Positions 1-11,647 of a stretch of 64,000 nt of DNA are shown piece after piece. The position numbers were made by a program, and so were the translations under genes. This DNA is from Actinomycetota bacterium (GTDB lineage: Bacteria > Actinomycetota > Actinomycetes > Nanopelagicales > Nanopelagicaceae). Each line of letters begins with the position of its first letter. The first letter of the stretch is position 1. The notes below the pieces were generated by a model that was not told the DNA's origin, made no database searches, and worked only from the letters and a program-made list of their open reading frames with translations. Where the stretch lies: contig JBEANF010000013.1 in NCBI GenBank assembly GCA_041165585.1, forward strand, positions 7,692 to 71,691. Direction: 5' to 3'.

Positions 1-1968
1 GATGAAGAGACTGTAATCGCATCTCTGCTTCACGACACTGTTGAGGATACTCCCTACTCACTCGAACAGTTGCGTTCGGACTTTGGGGATCAGATTGCAT
101 CGTTGGTTGACGGTGTTACTAAGTTAGATAAATTAACTTATGGACCGACTGCGGAAGCTGAGACAGTTCGCAAGATGGTTATCGCAATGTCTCGCGATAT
201 CCGAGTATTGGTCATTAAATTAGCTGATCGACTACATAACGCACGTACCTGGAAATTTGTATCGGGGGAGAGCGCTCTTCGCAAAGCTCGCGAAACCTTG
301 GATATCTATGCACCACTTGCTCATCGCCTAGGTATGAATGCCCTTAAGTGGGAACTGGAAGATCTAAGTTTTGAGGTACTTGAACCTAAGAAATTTGCAG
401 AGATTTCTCGACTTGTTGCTGAGCGAAATCCAGCTCGTGAGGCCTTGACTCAGGAGGTGATCGCTGCAGTCAGAGAAGATCTTGCTAATGATTCGATTGA
501 GGCGACAGTAACTGGGCGACAGAAACATTTCTTTAGCGTCTATCAGAAGATGGTTGTACGCGGACGTGAATTTAATGATATTTATGATCTTGTTGGTATT
601 CGCGTTCTGGTTAATGATGTCCGTGACTGTTATGCCGTGCTTGGTTCGATTCACGCCCGGTGGAGCCCAGTTCCTGGTCGTTTTAAAGATTACATCGCGA
701 TGCCTAAATTCAACCTGTACCAATCGCTTCACACAACAGTCATTGGCCCAAACGGTAAGGCTGTAGAAATTCAAATTCGCACCTACGAGATGCACTCTCG
801 TGCTGAGTTCGGTATTGCAGCGCATTGGAAATATAAACAAGGATCAGAATCGAGTGCACATACCCCAGAGATGATCTGGCTCAAACAACTCCATGAGTGG
901 CAAAAGGAGACAGAGGATCCTTCCGAATTTTTGGAGGCGCTGCGTTTTGATTTGGGTAGTCCAGAGGTTTTTGTATTTACTCCCAAAGGAAGTGTGATAG
1001 CCCTACCTGGAGGTTCGACTCCTGTTGATTTTGCGTATTCTGTTCACACCGATGTAGGAAACCGTTGTGCGGGAGCAAAAGTTAATGGTCGCTTAGTTCC
1101 ACTTGAAACAAAACTCAATAACGGCGATGTCGTTGAAGTTGTGACAAATAAATCGTTAACGGCAAGCCCAAGCAGAGATTGGCTCAACTTTGTTAAGAGC
1201 CCTCGTGCTCGATCAAAGATCAAGGCTTGGTTCTCGAAAGAGCGACGCGAAGAAGCAATTGATGCTGGGCGCGAGTCCATCGCGCGTCAGATGCGCAAAG
1301 CAGGTCTCCCACTTCAGAAGATCTTGGCTGGCCATGCCTTATTGGAATTGGCACACGATTTGAGATATCCGGATATCGATGCGCTCTACAGCGCAGTCGG
1401 TGATGGCCACGTATCGGCCGCATCTATTGTCGAAAAGCTTGTCACCGCAATTGGTGTCGAAGATTCACATCCTGAGCCAACTATTGAATACATACCTTCT
1501 GGAGTTCCCACCACTCGACGATCAAGCACCGCCGTTGAGGTGGAAGGAGTAGGAGATGTCTTGGTCAAACTTGCTCGCTGTTGTACACCGGTGCCTGGCG
1601 ATGAAATTCTTGGATTCATTACCAAAGGAAGTGGAGTCTCGGTACATCGCAGTGACTGTGTGAATAGCGATGATCTGCGCACGCATCAATCCGAACGAAT
1701 AGTAAAGGTGCGCTGGCTACCAGGTGCTGGATCACTCTTTTTAGTAAATATCCAAGTCGAAGCATTAGATAGAGCCAGATTGCTGGCAGATGTTACACGC
1801 GCGCTATCCGAACAACATGTCAATATCTTGAGCGCTTCGGTGAGCACCTCAAAAGATCGCGTTGCGATCTCGAAATTCACTTTTGAAATGGCAGATGCCA
1901 CCCATTTGGATTCTGTTCTGGCATCAGTACGTAGCGTCGAAGGTGTTTACGACGTTTATAGAAATTAA
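1..1968 (+). CDS. relA: Bifunctional (p)ppGpp synthetase/hydrolase Rel (5'-truncated by the window edge)
   Basis: Frame 1 is open from base 1 (DEETVIASLLHDTVEDT, HD hydrolase motif). Also IKLADRLHN, synthetase motifs (GRFKDYIAMPK, YQSLHTT, EIQIRT), TGS domain (TPVDFAY..HT) and a C-terminal ACT domain. Confidence 0.97.
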   Translation, partial: DEETVIASLLHDTVEDTPYSLEQLRSDFGDQIASLVDGVTKLDKLTYGPTAEAETVRKMVIAMSRDIRVLVIKLADRLHNARTWKFVSGESALRKARETLDIYAPLAHRLGMNALKWELEDLSFEVLEPKKFAEISRLVAERNPAREALTQEVIAAVREDLANDSIEATVTGRQKHFFSVYQKMVVRGREFNDIYDLVGIRVLVNDVRDCYAVLGSIHARWSPVPGRFKDYIAMPKFNLYQSLHTTVIGPNGKAVEIQIRTYEMHSRAEFGIAAHWKYKQGSESSAHTPEMIWLKQLHEWQKETEDPSEFLEALRFDLGSPEVFVFTPKGSVIALPGGSTPVDFAYSVHTDVGNRCAGAKVNGRLVPLETKLNNGDVVEVVTNKSLTASPSRDWLNFVKSPRARSKIKAWFSKERREEAIDAGRESIARQMRKAGLPLQKILAGHALLELAHDLRYPDIDALYSAVGDGHVSAASIVEKLVTAIGVEDSHPEPTIEYIPSGVPTTRRSSTAVEVEGVGDVLVKLARCCTPVPGDEILGFITKGSGVSVHRSDCVNSDDLRTHQSERIVKVRWLPGAGSLFLVNIQVEALDRARLLADVTRALSEQHVNILSASVSTSKDRVAISKFTFEMADATHLDSVLASVRSVEGVYDVYRN

Positions 1969-3278
1969 CTAAATTCAGCTAAATTCTTCTGGGCTTCAGC
2001 AAGCCACACTCTGCGAGCTTCTGCTGACTCGAGAGCCTCCTTGGCCTTCCTTTCGTTACCAGCAGTCCTTGCCTTCGCAGCGGTGGCCTCGTAATTTTCG
2101 ATGGCAGATGTTAATTGTGCGACAACTTCTACAGCTCGAGCTTTTGCGGCTGGATCACTCTTGCGCCAGAGTTCTGCTTCTGCGGCCTTGATCGCACTCT
2201 CGACGGCGAGGACGCGAGCTTCCAAAGCGGCACGTTTTTCGCGCGCTGTGATGCCTATCTTCTCCCATTCGCGCATCAGCTCTTTAAATTCGTTTTTAAC
2301 AGTTTTAACATCGGTAAATGGCAATAACGCTTCGATTTTGGGGAGTAGTGCTTCGCGCTTTTCTAGATTTGCCGCCATGGATACTTCGCGCTTTTCTAGA
2401 TCGGCATTTTTGGCAGAAAAGAATGCATCTTGAGCAGCCTTAAAGCGTGACCACAACTTGGCATCATCTTTAGGCTTGCCGCGACCGGCTGCCTTCCATG
2501 AATCCATGAGCGTCTTAAATCGTCGAGCGGTAGCAACCCAATCGGTAGAGGTAGCAAGCTTTTCAGCCTCTTCAACAATTGCATTCTTTGCCGCCGATAC
2601 AACAGATGCTGTTGCTTCAAGAGCAGCAAAGTGAGTCCTTCGCCGCTTATCAAACTTATTGCGCGAGGCTGAGAAGCGCTTCCAAAGTTCGCCATCAGTC
2701 TTCTTATCTAAGCGAGGTGCGCTCTTCCACTCATCTAGCAATGTCTTTAAGCGTTCGCCAGTGGCTTTCCAATTTTCTGACAGAGCAAGAGATTCGGCCT
2801 CAACCACAATCTTCTCTTTCTCAACCAAAACCTGCTCACGACGTGCCGCCTTTGCAGCAGCTTCGGCCTCCTTCTTTGCTTCAAACTTCTCGCGATGACC
2901 TTCTATGAGTGGCTCGATCTGTTCAACCGATGCGGCTAGGGCATCTAGATCTCCAACTCCATTGAGTTCGCGTACTTGTTGGCGCAACTTCTTTACTGCT
3001 TCATATGCATCGTCTGGAACCATGGCACCTGATGTGATTCTCGCAGCAGTCAAAGCTACTTCTGAGGCGAGGGCTTCAAATTTACGAACAAAATATGCAA
3101 GAGCTTCTTCGGCGCTCTTTCCTGGATATGAACCGACTGCCTTATCGCCCTGCGATGTGTGGACATAGACCGTGCCATCGTCGCCAACATGACCGAATTT
3201 AGAGGGATCGCCGATGAGGGCTGATGCTGCGCTCACTTGTGATGCAACCTGTGATGGAAGTGGATTGTTCTCGGTCAT
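1965..3278 (-). CDS. DUF349 domain-containing protein
   Basis: Three helical repeats (W..T...K.L...WK...; LW.RF). Usual actinobacterial position after rel. ATG at 3278 has an AAAGGA SD; the ORF track start is 3305. Confidence 0.85.
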   Translation of the reverse strand: MTENNPLPSQVASQVSAASALIGDPSKFGHVGDDGTVYVHTSQGDKAVGSYPGKSAEEALAYFVRKFEALASEVALTAARITSGAMVPDDAYEAVKKLRQQVRELNGVGDLDALAASVEQIEPLIEGHREKFEAKKEAEAAAKAARREQVLVEKEKIVVEAESLALSENWKATGERLKTLLDEWKSAPRLDKKTDGELWKRFSASRNKFDKRRRTHFAALEATASVVSAAKNAIVEEAEKLATSTDWVATARRFKTLMDSWKAAGRGKPKDDAKLWSRFKAAQDAFFSAKNADLEKREVSMAANLEKREALLPKIEALLPFTDVKTVKNEFKELMREWEKIGITAREKRAALEARVLAVESAIKAAEAELWRKSDPAAKARAVEVVAQLTSAIENYEATAAKARTAGNERKAKEALESAEARRVWLAEAQKNLAEFS

Positions 3279-3362
3279 GGATATTCCTTTCAGCGCGTCG
3301 GCCAATAGCCTTCGTTAATGCAGGTGATGGTGGGAGGTCAAAGGTACCCTGTCTTACTACCG

Positions 3363-3400
3363 CCTCAAAAATTGAGCGCAGCAATACGGGTTTTGAGGAG
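3363..3400 (+). promoter_or_regulatory. Candidate leader hairpin overlapping the SD of the MBL-hisS-aspS operon
   Basis: CCTCAAAA (3363-3370) is the exact reverse complement of TTTTGAGG (3391-3398), which includes the SD. Inner ATTG/CAAT pair. TACCCT -10-like box at 3345-3350. Confidence 0.4.
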
Positions 3401-3406
3401 TTCTCT

Positions 3407-4063
3407 ATGTTGATCCGAGTTCATCCCGCCCCGATGTATGCCACCAACTGCTGGGTTTTGGCTTCCGAAAAGGGTGGTGAGTGCATCATCGTCGATCCGG
3501 GTATGCCGGACATCAGTAGCGAGATCGAGATGATTGTCGAGGAGGAAGGGCTAAAGCCAGTCGCTGTTCTGCTTACTCATGGCCATCTCGACCATACATT
3601 TTCAGTTATTCCACTGGCAGATGGATATAACATCCCCGCCTATATCCATAGCGAAGATCGCCGAGCACTTCTGCACCCTGAGTTGGTGCATGGAGCCGAA
3701 TTTATCCAGACCCTTCAAGGAATGTCATGGAGTGAACCAAAAAAAGTTCTCGAATTAAAAAATAATCAGCAATTTGAAGCAGTCGGACTTTCCATTACCG
3801 CTATCCACGCTCCAGGACACACCGCTGGTTCATTAATGTTTACCGTTAATGACGAAGTGTTACTGAGCGGAGATGTTCTTTTTGCCGGATCGATTGGGCG
3901 CACTGATCTTCCAACCGGATCGCAACAGTCCATGAATCGGACACTTATGACAAAAGTTGCACCGCTTCCTGATCATCTACGCGTACTTCCGGGGCATGGG
4001 CCGGACACGACAATAGAATATGAACGCCGAACCAATCCATATCTGAAAGAATTACGTTCATGA
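3407..4063 (+). CDS. MBL-fold metallo-hydrolase (glyoxalase II-like)
   Basis: THGHLDH, HAPGHT, SGDVLF..SIGRTD and PGHG motifs. ATG 3407 preceded by GAGGAG. Conserved position upstream of hisS. Confidence 0.9.
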   Translation: MLIRVHPAPMYATNCWVLASEKGGECIIVDPGMPDISSEIEMIVEEEGLKPVAVLLTHGHLDHTFSVIPLADGYNIPAYIHSEDRRALLHPELVHGAEFIQTLQGMSWSEPKKVLELKNNQQFEAVGLSITAIHAPGHTAGSLMFTVNDEVLLSGDVLFAGSIGRTDLPTGSQQSMNRTLMTKVAPLPDHLRVLPGHGPDTTIEYERRTNPYLKELRS

Positions 4064-5322
4064 AGCAAGAGCGCATTAGCGCACCTAAGGGCGTAAGCGA
4101 GTACGTACCTTCGCGCTCTGCTCGCTTTGAATGGATTAGAGATCAGTTGATTGCTCCCGCTAAAGCAGCTGGCTATCAACTCATGGAACTTCCAGTCTTT
4201 GAAGACACCCAACTTTTCTCACGTGGCGTGGGTGAATCGACCGATGTTGTGTCAAAAGAGATGTACACCTTTGAAGATCGTGGTGGACGTTCAATCACTC
4301 TACGCCCTGAAGGTACGGCTGGTGTTATGCGAGCCGTAATTGAACATTCATTAGATCGCGGCCAATTACCGGTGAAAGTTTTCTATTCTGGCGCTTTCTT
4401 CCGAGCAGAGCGCCCACAGGCGGGAAGATATCGCCAGTTTTATCAAGTAGGAGTTGAGTCAATCGGTCTAGATGATCCAGCTATTGACGCTGAGGTAATT
4501 GCTCTTGCAGATAGCGCTTTCAAAGCGATTGGGTTAAAGAAATACCGATTGGAGATCACTTCTCTAGGCGATGCCCAATCTCGAGCCGCACATAAAGTCG
4601 ACCTTGTTTCTTTCCTGAATACGCTGGAGTTGGATGAAACGACGAAGGCACGAGCGCAAATCAATCCACTACGCATCTTTGATGATAAGCGAGAAGAGAT
4701 TCGAAGTGCCATGGCAAAAGCTCCTTTGTTGATGGATTACTTGTCGGATTCTTCGCGTGAACATTTTGCTCACGTGTGTAGATATTTAGATGCGCTGGGC
4801 ATTTCCTACACCCTCAATCCAAGAATGGTGCGAGGGCTCGATTACTACACTGGTACCACCTTTGAATTTGTGCATGACGGATTAGGTGCACAGTCAGGTA
4901 TCGGTGGTGGTGGACGCTACGACGGGCTCATGGAGACATTGGGTGGGGCTGCACTCTCTGGGATTGGTTTTGGGCTTGGGGTAGATCGCATTCTTTTGGC
5001 TGCAGAAGCAGAGGGATTGCTGATTGATAATCAATTTGCGAGCGACCTCTTTCTTATTCCATTAGGGGAGTTGGCGAAGGAAAAGGCGCTAGTAATTGCT
5101 CAAAATTTGCGCCAATTAGGAATTGTGGTCGAGATTGCCTTCGGTGATCGAGCGCTCAAAGGCGCGATGAAGGCTGCCGATAAGTCAGGCAGCGCCTTTG
5201 CGGTAGTTCTTGGCGAAAGTGAGTTAAATAGCGGGGTAGTGGAGCTCAAGCGGATGATCGACGGTGAGGTTTCCTCCGTTAAGATTGGCGAATTAGGACA
5301 AGTCCTTTCAGCGCACGCTTAG
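4060..5322 (+). CDS. hisS: Histidine--tRNA ligase
   Basis: [30 protein letters not shown] and GGGRYDGL motifs. Confidence 0.98.
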   Translation: MKQERISAPKGVSEYVPSRSARFEWIRDQLIAPAKAAGYQLMELPVFEDTQLFSRGVGESTDVVSKEMYTFEDRGGRSITLRPEGTAGVMRAVIEHSLDRGQLPVKVFYSGAFFRAERPQAGRYRQFYQVGVESIGLDDPAIDAEVIALADSAFKAIGLKKYRLEITSLGDAQSRAAHKVDLVSFLNTLELDETTKARAQINPLRIFDDKREEIRSAMAKAPLLMDYLSDSSREHFAHVCRYLDALGISYTLNPRMVRGLDYYTGTTFEFVHDGLGAQSGIGGGGRYDGLMETLGGAALSGIGFGLGVDRILLAAEAEGLLIDNQFASDLFLIPLGELAKEKALVIAQNLRQLGIVVEIAFGDRALKGAMKAADKSGSAFAVVLGESELNSGVVELKRMIDGEVSSVKIGELGQVLSAHA

Positions 5323-5349
5323 TTCTTCGATAGAAAGTAGTTAATACTC

Positions 5350-7095
5350 ATGATTCGTACCCACGATGCCGGATCCCTTCGTGCCAGCCACGCGGGTCAG
5401 ACAGTCACACTTGCAGGCTGGGTGGCACGTCGTCGCGATCATGGTGGGGTCGCATTCATTGATTTACGTGATGCAACCGGATCTGTGCAAGTTGTTATTC
5501 GTGACGAGGAGTTAGCTGGATCGCTCCGAGCTGAATGGTGTCTTGCAATTACTGGTGAAGTCGTCACCCGTCCTGCCGGAAATGAGAACCCCGCACTTCC
5601 AACGGGAGCTATCGAAGTGATGGGCGATGCGGTCACAGTATTGAGCGAGTCGGCCCCACTTCCATTTCCGGTTGATACTGGAGTTGAATCTGAAATTTCT
5701 GAAGAAGTACGGCTTCGCTATCGCTACCTAGATTTGCGGCGGGAGGGACCAGCGGCCAATCTTCGTCTGCGTTCTCGCGTGACATCAGCCATTCGTCGCG
5801 GGATGGATGAGTTAAATTTTCTTGAGATAGAAACACCATATCTGACACGTTCAACTCCAGAAGGTGCCCGAGATTTCCTTGTTCCTGTTCGTCTCCAACC
5901 TGGTAGTTGGTATGCCCTACCTCAATCACCACAGTTATTTAAACAGTTATTGATGGTTGCCGGCATGGAACGCTACTACCAAATCGCACGATGTTTTAGA
6001 GATGAAGATTTCCGCGCTGACCGTCAACCAGAATTTACTCAGCTTGATATCGAGATGTCTTTTATCGATCAAGCCGACATTATTGCAGTAGCAGAGAAGA
6101 TTCTGGTTGATATTTGGCGAGATAGCGTTGGATATACAATTCCAACTCCAATTCCACACATGACTTATCGCGATGCGATGAATCGCTTTGGTTCAGATAA
6201 ACCAGATCTGCGATTTGCAAATGAATTGGTTGATGTCACAGACTTCTTCTCCTCTACTCCATTTAGAGTCTTCCAAGCAGATTATGTCGGTGCCGTCGTC
6301 ATGCCCGGTGGTGCAAACTCACCTCGTCGTGAGCTCGATGCCTGGCAAGAATGGGCCAAGGCTCGTGGCGCCAAGGGATTGGCTTACATTCTCATTGGCG
6401 AGGATGGAACATTAGGCGGCCCGGTTTCTAAGAATATTTCTCCGGAGGAACAGTCTGGAATCGCAGCTTTGGTTGGGGCAAAGAATGGTGATGCCATATT
6501 TTTTGCAGCAGGAGATCGCGCATCTTCGCAAGCCCTTCTGGGTGCAGTACGCCTAGAAATTGGAAAGCGCTGCAATCTCATTGAAGAAGGTGCATGGAAG
6601 TTCCTTTGGGTAGTTGATGCACCAATGTTTGAGCCAACCGATAATGGAGGTTGGACAGCGGTACACCACCCATTTACAGGTCCGAAGCCAGAGTTTGCCA
6701 AGTCATTCTCGCAGGATCCTGCCAATGCTCTTGCTTATGCCTACGACATCGTCCTTAATGGAACAGAGCTTGGTGGTGGATCAATTCGTATCCATGACAA
6801 GGAGATTCAAAAGGAAGTATTCCGCGTTATTGGTTTAAGCGATGAAGAAGCCAATAGCAAATTTGGATTCTTGTTAGAAGCCTTTAATTATGGCCCGCCA
6901 CCACATGGCGGTATTGCACTTGGTTTAGATCGAGTATGTGCGCTCTTAACAGGCAGTGATTCGATCCGCGAAGTAATTGCATTTCCAAAGACAGCCAGCG
7001 GCGGGGATCCACTAACAGGTGCTCCTACTCCAATTACTCCGGCTCAACGTAAGGAGAGTGGCATAGATTTCAAGCCTGAGAGTCCGGCTTCATAA
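5350..7095 (+). CDS. aspS: Aspartate--tRNA(Asp/Asn) ligase
   Basis: [49 protein letters not shown] and [12 protein letters not shown] motifs. Confidence 0.98.
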   Translation: MIRTHDAGSLRASHAGQTVTLAGWVARRRDHGGVAFIDLRDATGSVQVVIRDEELAGSLRAEWCLAITGEVVTRPAGNENPALPTGAIEVMGDAVTVLSESAPLPFPVDTGVESEISEEVRLRYRYLDLRREGPAANLRLRSRVTSAIRRGMDELNFLEIETPYLTRSTPEGARDFLVPVRLQPGSWYALPQSPQLFKQLLMVAGMERYYQIARCFRDEDFRADRQPEFTQLDIEMSFIDQADIIAVAEKILVDIWRDSVGYTIPTPIPHMTYRDAMNRFGSDKPDLRFANELVDVTDFFSSTPFRVFQADYVGAVVMPGGANSPRRELDAWQEWAKARGAKGLAYILIGEDGTLGGPVSKNISPEEQSGIAALVGAKNGDAIFFAAGDRASSQALLGAVRLEIGKRCNLIEEGAWKFLWVVDAPMFEPTDNGGWTAVHHPFTGPKPEFAKSFSQDPANALAYAYDIVLNGTELGGGSIRIHDKEIQKEVFRVIGLSDEEANSKFGFLLEAFNYGPPPHGGIALGLDRVCALLTGSDSIREVIAFPKTASGGDPLTGAPTPITPAQRKESGIDFKPESPAS

Positions 7096-7156
7096 CCACA
7101 TCAGGTAGGCTTACAACAGTTCACACTATTGTGTGGCGCAAAAGGAGGGAAAAGTC

Positions 7157-7519
7157 ATGGGTCCAGGCGGAATTGCAACAATCATATGTGCGGTAGCACT
7201 TCTAGCCATAGCCATTGCCCTGGCTTATGCCGTGACTCGAGTTGGAAAGTTCGTTGATGAGGCAACTCTTTCTCTAAAGGCGTTGACGACGGATACAACT
7301 CCGCTCATTCAAGAGTCAACTCGGACCCTAGAATTAATCAACAGTCCACTGGAATCTTTTGCCAAGATTTCAAAGAATGTAGAAGAAGTAACTACCAAAG
7401 TTTCTGAGGCGACAACCGATCTCATTGATAAGAGTGGGCCAGCAGTCAAAGTTGCTGGCGCACTCATCACAGCAGCCCAAGCTGGGAAATCACGCTCAAA
7501 GAAGAAGAAGGCTGAGTGA
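7157..7519 (+). CDS. DUF948 (YoxC-like) membrane-anchored protein
   Basis: N-terminal TM helix followed by a coiled segment. ATG 7157 follows AAGGAGG. Usual position before alaS in actinobacteria. Confidence 0.7.
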   Translation: MGPGGIATIICAVALLAIAIALAYAVTRVGKFVDEATLSLKALTTDTTPLIQESTRTLELINSPLESFAKISKNVEEVTTKVSEATTDLIDKSGPAVKVAGALITAAQAGKSRSKKKKAE

Positions 7520-7528
7520 GTGTAGTTC

Positions 7529-10204
7529 GTGGAATCAGCAGAGATCCGCGCACGTTGGCTGCGCTTTTTTGAATCGGGTAATTCACAAGGGCTAGAGCAC
7601 ACTGTTGTTCCATCAGCTTCACTTATCGCTGATGACCCAAATCTTCTTCTTGTTAACGCTGGAATGGTGCCCTTTAAGCCATTCTTCTTAGGCGAAGTCA
7701 CGCCTCCGTATAAGCGCGCGACATCAGTTCAGAAATGTGTTCGTACACTTGATATTGACGAAGTGGGAAAGACAACTCGTCACGCATCCTTCTTTCAGAT
7801 GTGCGGAAACTTTTCTTTTGGTGATTACTTCAAGGAAGGCGCGATAGCGCTAGCGTGGGAGCTTCTCACAAAGCCCGTTACAGATGGCGGCTATGGTTTT
7901 CCTGAAGATCGCCTCTGGGTTACGGTCTACCTCGATGATGATGAGGCTGCAGATATTTGGCATAAGAAGATGGGTGTTCCCAAGGAGAGAATCCAACGCC
8001 GTGACATGGCAGATAATTTCTGGTCTATGGGTGTTCCCGGCCCATGCGGCCCATGTTCTGAAATTTATTATGATCGTGGACCGGCATATGGTGTCGATGG
8101 TGGACCAATTGCCGATGAAAATCGTTACCTAGAAGTCTGGAACCTCGTCTTTATGCAGAACGAGCGAGGCGCTGGCGGCGGTAAGGACGGATACCCAATT
8201 CTGGGTGAGTTGCCAGCCAAAAGCATTGATACCGGTTTGGGTCTAGAACGCATGGCTGCTCTTTTGCAGGGAGTCGAAAATATCTATGAGATAGATACAA
8301 CCATGCAAATCCTTTCCCGCGCATCTGAGCTCTCCGGAGTTAAGTATGGAAAAAGTGAGAAGAGCGATGTCTCACTTCGCGTGATTGCAGACCACGCACG
8401 TACCGCCGCAATGCTTATTGGAGACGGCGTAACTCCTGGCAATGAAGGTCGCGGTTATGTACTTCGTCGAATGATGCGTAGAACTATCCGCAATATGAGA
8501 CTGTTAGGAAGCAACGATCCGAGTATGGCTGCACTAACTCAGGCCGCCATCGGAGCTATGGGGCCTCAATATCCTGAATTAGTAGCAGACTCAGCGCGCA
8601 TCTTGGCAGTGAGCACCTCTGAAGAAGATAGTTTCTTGCAAACCCTAAAGAGTGGAACGGCTATTTTTGATCTTGCCGCAAATGTCGTGAAAGCTACTAA
8701 GTCAACTCAAATGAGTGGCGACGATGCATTTAAACTGCATGATACTTATGGTTTTCCCTTTGATCTCACTCTTGAGATGGCGCGCGAAGTTGGCCTAGGC
8801 GTTGATGAAGTTGGATTCATGCGCTTAATGAAAGAACAGCGCGATCGCGCTAAGGCTGATGCGCGCGCGAAGAAAAGCGGTCACACAGATCTAAGCGAGT
8901 ATAAGAAGATTGCTGATTCAAAAGGCGGAACGGAATTCATTGGTTACACCCATATCCAATCTGAATCTACAATCAATGCGATTCTTGTAGATGGCGTTGG
9001 AAAATCAAGTGCCACAGCTGGTGAAGAGGTTGAGATTGTTTTAGATCGAACACCGTTCTATGCAGAAGGTGGCGGACAACTTGCCGACGGTGGCACGATC
9101 ACACTTGGTGATGGAACAGTTATTGAAATTGATGACGTCCAAAGTCCGGTGCCAGGGCTTTCAATCCATCGTGGACGAGTTCTCAGCGGAGTTGCCGAAG
9201 TTGGTCAGCCAGTTCATGCTGCAATCGACAATGAGCGTCGTAAGGCAATTTCTCGAGCACATACAGCAACACATATGGTGCATAAAGCGTTTCGTGAGAT
9301 TTTAGGCGATACAGCTACGCAGGCAGGCTCGGAGAATTCTCCTGGCAGATTCAGATTTGATTTCCCTGCAACTGGCACAATTTCTGATGGCGTTCTTGAT
9401 GAAGTGGAATCTCGAGTCAATACATTGCTGCTTGATGATTTGGCAGTGACAGCAGAAGTTATGTCGCAGGATGAGGCCAAGAAACTTGGCGCCATGGCGC
9501 TCTTTGGTGAAAAGTACGGTGATCGAGTTCGTGTAGTCAGTGTTGGAGATTGGGCGCGTGAACTCTGCGGAGGTACTCACGTTCATCGCTCTGGTCAGCT
9601 TGGCGTGGTGAAGCTTCTCTCTGAGGCGTCTATCGGAGCTGGTGTTCGCCGAGTGGAAGCTCTAGTTGGTGCAGATGCCTACCAATTTTTAGCTCGCGAA
9701 CATATGCTGCTTAACTCACTTACCCAGATCATCAAGGGTGCTCGAGTAGAGGAACTTCCGGCTCGAATCAACGACTTGGTGACCAAAATGCGCGAAATTG
9801 AAAAGGAGCTCTCGTCGCTGCGGACCGCATCTGCTCTTGAAAGTGCAAAAATCTTATTGGACAGTGCTAAGGATATATCCGGCATATCTGTAGTTAGTGG
9901 ATCGTTAGCGGATGGAATTGTTGCAGATAACTTGCGTCAAATTGCACTTGATCTGAAAGCACGTCGTACTAATTCAGTTATCGTCCTTACTAGCGTTGTG
10001 GAAGAGAAAGTTGTTCTGGTAGTTGCAGTAAGTGATGATGCCCGAAACTCTGGAGTGAAGGCCGGTTCATTAGTGAAGGTGGCAAGTTCCATTCTCGGTG
10101 GTGGAGGCGGTGGCAAGGATGATTTCGCGCAGGGCGGTGGAACAGATCAGAGCAAAATTTCACAAGCCCTAGACGCCATCGAACTTGCGATAGCAGGTAA
10201 GTAA
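7529..10204 (+). CDS. alaS: Alanine--tRNA ligase
   Basis: [29 protein letters not shown], editing-domain HTATH and ELCGGTH, C-Ala GGGGG..AQGG. Confidence 0.98.
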   Translation: MESAEIRARWLRFFESGNSQGLEHTVVPSASLIADDPNLLLVNAGMVPFKPFFLGEVTPPYKRATSVQKCVRTLDIDEVGKTTRHASFFQMCGNFSFGDYFKEGAIALAWELLTKPVTDGGYGFPEDRLWVTVYLDDDEAADIWHKKMGVPKERIQRRDMADNFWSMGVPGPCGPCSEIYYDRGPAYGVDGGPIADENRYLEVWNLVFMQNERGAGGGKDGYPILGELPAKSIDTGLGLERMAALLQGVENIYEIDTTMQILSRASELSGVKYGKSEKSDVSLRVIADHARTAAMLIGDGVTPGNEGRGYVLRRMMRRTIRNMRLLGSNDPSMAALTQAAIGAMGPQYPELVADSARILAVSTSEEDSFLQTLKSGTAIFDLAANVVKATKSTQMSGDDAFKLHDTYGFPFDLTLEMAREVGLGVDEVGFMRLMKEQRDRAKADARAKKSGHTDLSEYKKIADSKGGTEFIGYTHIQSESTINAILVDGVGKSSATAGEEVEIVLDRTPFYAEGGGQLADGGTITLGDGTVIEIDDVQSPVPGLSIHRGRVLSGVAEVGQPVHAAIDNERRKAISRAHTATHMVHKAFREILGDTATQAGSENSPGRFRFDFPATGTISDGVLDEVESRVNTLLLDDLAVTAEVMSQDEAKKLGAMALFGEKYGDRVRVVSVGDWARELCGGTHVHRSGQLGVVKLLSEASIGAGVRRVEALVGADAYQFLAREHMLLNSLTQIIKGARVEELPARINDLVTKMREIEKELSSLRTASALESAKILLDSAKDISGISVVSGSLADGIVADNLRQIALDLKARRTNSVIVLTSVVEEKVVLVVAVSDDARNSGVKAGSLVKVASSILGGGGGGKDDFAQGGGTDQSKISQALDAIELAIAGK

Positions 10205-10629
10205 TGTCACGGCTGGGTCGTCGACTCGCCTTTGATTTTGGGGATACTCGTATAGGCGTAGCAGTCTGCGATCTCGACGGAATTCTTTCATCGCCTTTGG
10301 ATGCTCTGCAGGCCAAGCACCCTAAGTTACGCGATCAACTCATTGATCTTATTCGTGAAATTGAGCCAGTCAAAATCTATGTTGGACTTCCCTTACACCT
10401 GAGTGGTGAAGAATCTGAATCGAGCGTAAAAGCTCGTGAGTTCGCAGAAAAGATCAAGGAGTTAAGCTCATGCGAGATTGAGTTCGTTGACGAACGACTT
10501 ACTACCGTATCTGCTTCGGCTCAATTACAACAAGCTGGAATCAGTGCGAAAGCTCAGCGCTCAATCATTGATTCGCAATCTGCCGTCATGATTCTCGAAA
10601 TGGGATTGGCTAAAGATCGTGCAAAGTAG
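10204..10629 (+). CDS. ruvX: RuvX/YqgF nuclease (pre-16S rRNA maturation / putative Holliday junction resolvase)
   Basis: LAFDFGDTRIGVA, VGLP, VDERLTT and IDSQSA motifs; directly after alaS. Confidence 0.93.
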   Translation: MSRLGRRLAFDFGDTRIGVAVCDLDGILSSPLDALQAKHPKLRDQLIDLIREIEPVKIYVGLPLHLSGEESESSVKAREFAEKIKELSSCEIEFVDERLTTVSASAQLQQAGISAKAQRSIIDSQSAVMILEMGLAKDRAK

Positions 10630-11647
10630 GGCGATTCGGCGAGTGGCTTTGGCGCTTGTCTTAAGTTTTACATCTATATATCTATTATCTCTGATTAAGT
10701 CGGGGCCAAGTGCTGCTGCAGATTTTGATTGTTCACAGGTGCAAGGTAAGACCAGAGTCAATATCGAGATTGCAGCTGGAGAGACTGGCAGTCAGATTGC
10801 CCAAGAACTCTTTGATAAGGGTGTGACAAAATCTATTGATAGTTTCTTTCGCCTCGCAGTTGCTGACCCGCGCTCTGCAAAGATTGCGCCGGGTATTCAT
10901 CAGATTGATGAAGAAATTTGTGCAGCCGATGCACTAGAGCAGCTGTTAGATAACGCAAGGATTCAGGGACTGATCCCAATTATCGAGGGCATGTGGAATC
11001 GTGAAATCAGCGAACTCTTTCTGAAGGCGGGCTATAACAAAGATGAGGTGCAATCAGCCTTTGCAGAGATCAAGCCACCAGTCCCATTCACATCACTAGA
11101 GGGTCTGCTTTTTCCCGCGCAATATAGTTTTGCCACAGAAACGCCGATGTCGGAAGCCCTTGCCCAGTTAGTTAATCGAGGGGTGGCCGAAATTACGAAG
11201 GCTGGTCTTTTAGCTGGATATCAAAAGTTCTCACCTCAGGAATTGATAACTATTGCATCGATTATTCAAGCCGAAGGAGATACTCAGGACTTCTCGAAAG
11301 TATCTCGAGTTATTTATAACCGTCTAGCTATAGGCATGCCTCTACAGATGGACTCAACCGTACATTATGTAACTGGATCTCGCGGAAATATCTTCCTCAG
11401 CACAAAGTCGACTCTGATTAAATCTCCCTATAACACTTATAAAAACTATGGTTTGCCTCCAGGACCTATAGGAAATCCTGGAAGAGGAGCTTTAGTTGCG
11501 GCTGTGAATCCTGCGAAAGGCAATTGGCTCTATTTCATCACTGTGGCACCAGGAGATACTCGATTTACTGATAATCTCCCAGAGTTCAACCGGTGGAAAG
11601 TGCTCTATAAAAATAATTTGCGGGCAGGAAAGTTTGGTGACAAGTAA
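10619..11647 (+). CDS. mltG: Endolytic transglycosylase MltG
   Basis: N-terminal TM, LEGLLFP, ASIIQAE, LQMDST, SPYNTY..GLPPGPIGNPG and WLYF motifs. Confidence 0.93.
   Translation: MQSRAIRRVALALVLSFTSIYLLSLIKSGPSAAADFDCSQVQGKTRVNIEIAAGETGSQIAQELFDKGVTKSIDSFFRLAVADPRSAKIAPGIHQIDEEICAADALEQLLDNARIQGLIPIIEGMWNREISELFLKAGYNKDEVQSAFAEIKPPVPFTSLEGLLFPAQYSFATETPMSEALAQLVNRGVAEITKAGLLAGYQKFSPQELITIASIIQAEGDTQDFSKVSRVIYNRLAIGMPLQMDSTVHYVTGSRGNIFLSTKSTLIKSPYNTYKNYGLPPGPIGNPGRGALVAAVNPAKGNWLYFITVAPGDTRFTDNLPEFNRWKVLYKNNLRAGKFGDK

Noticed and set aside
3224-3406. Long N-terminal extensions predicted by the ORF track (MBL, pyrD, tdk, rsmB, M20)
   Set aside because: They overlap neighbouring genes or promoters; downstream starts with an SD, a -10 box or translational coupling fit the family N-termini better.
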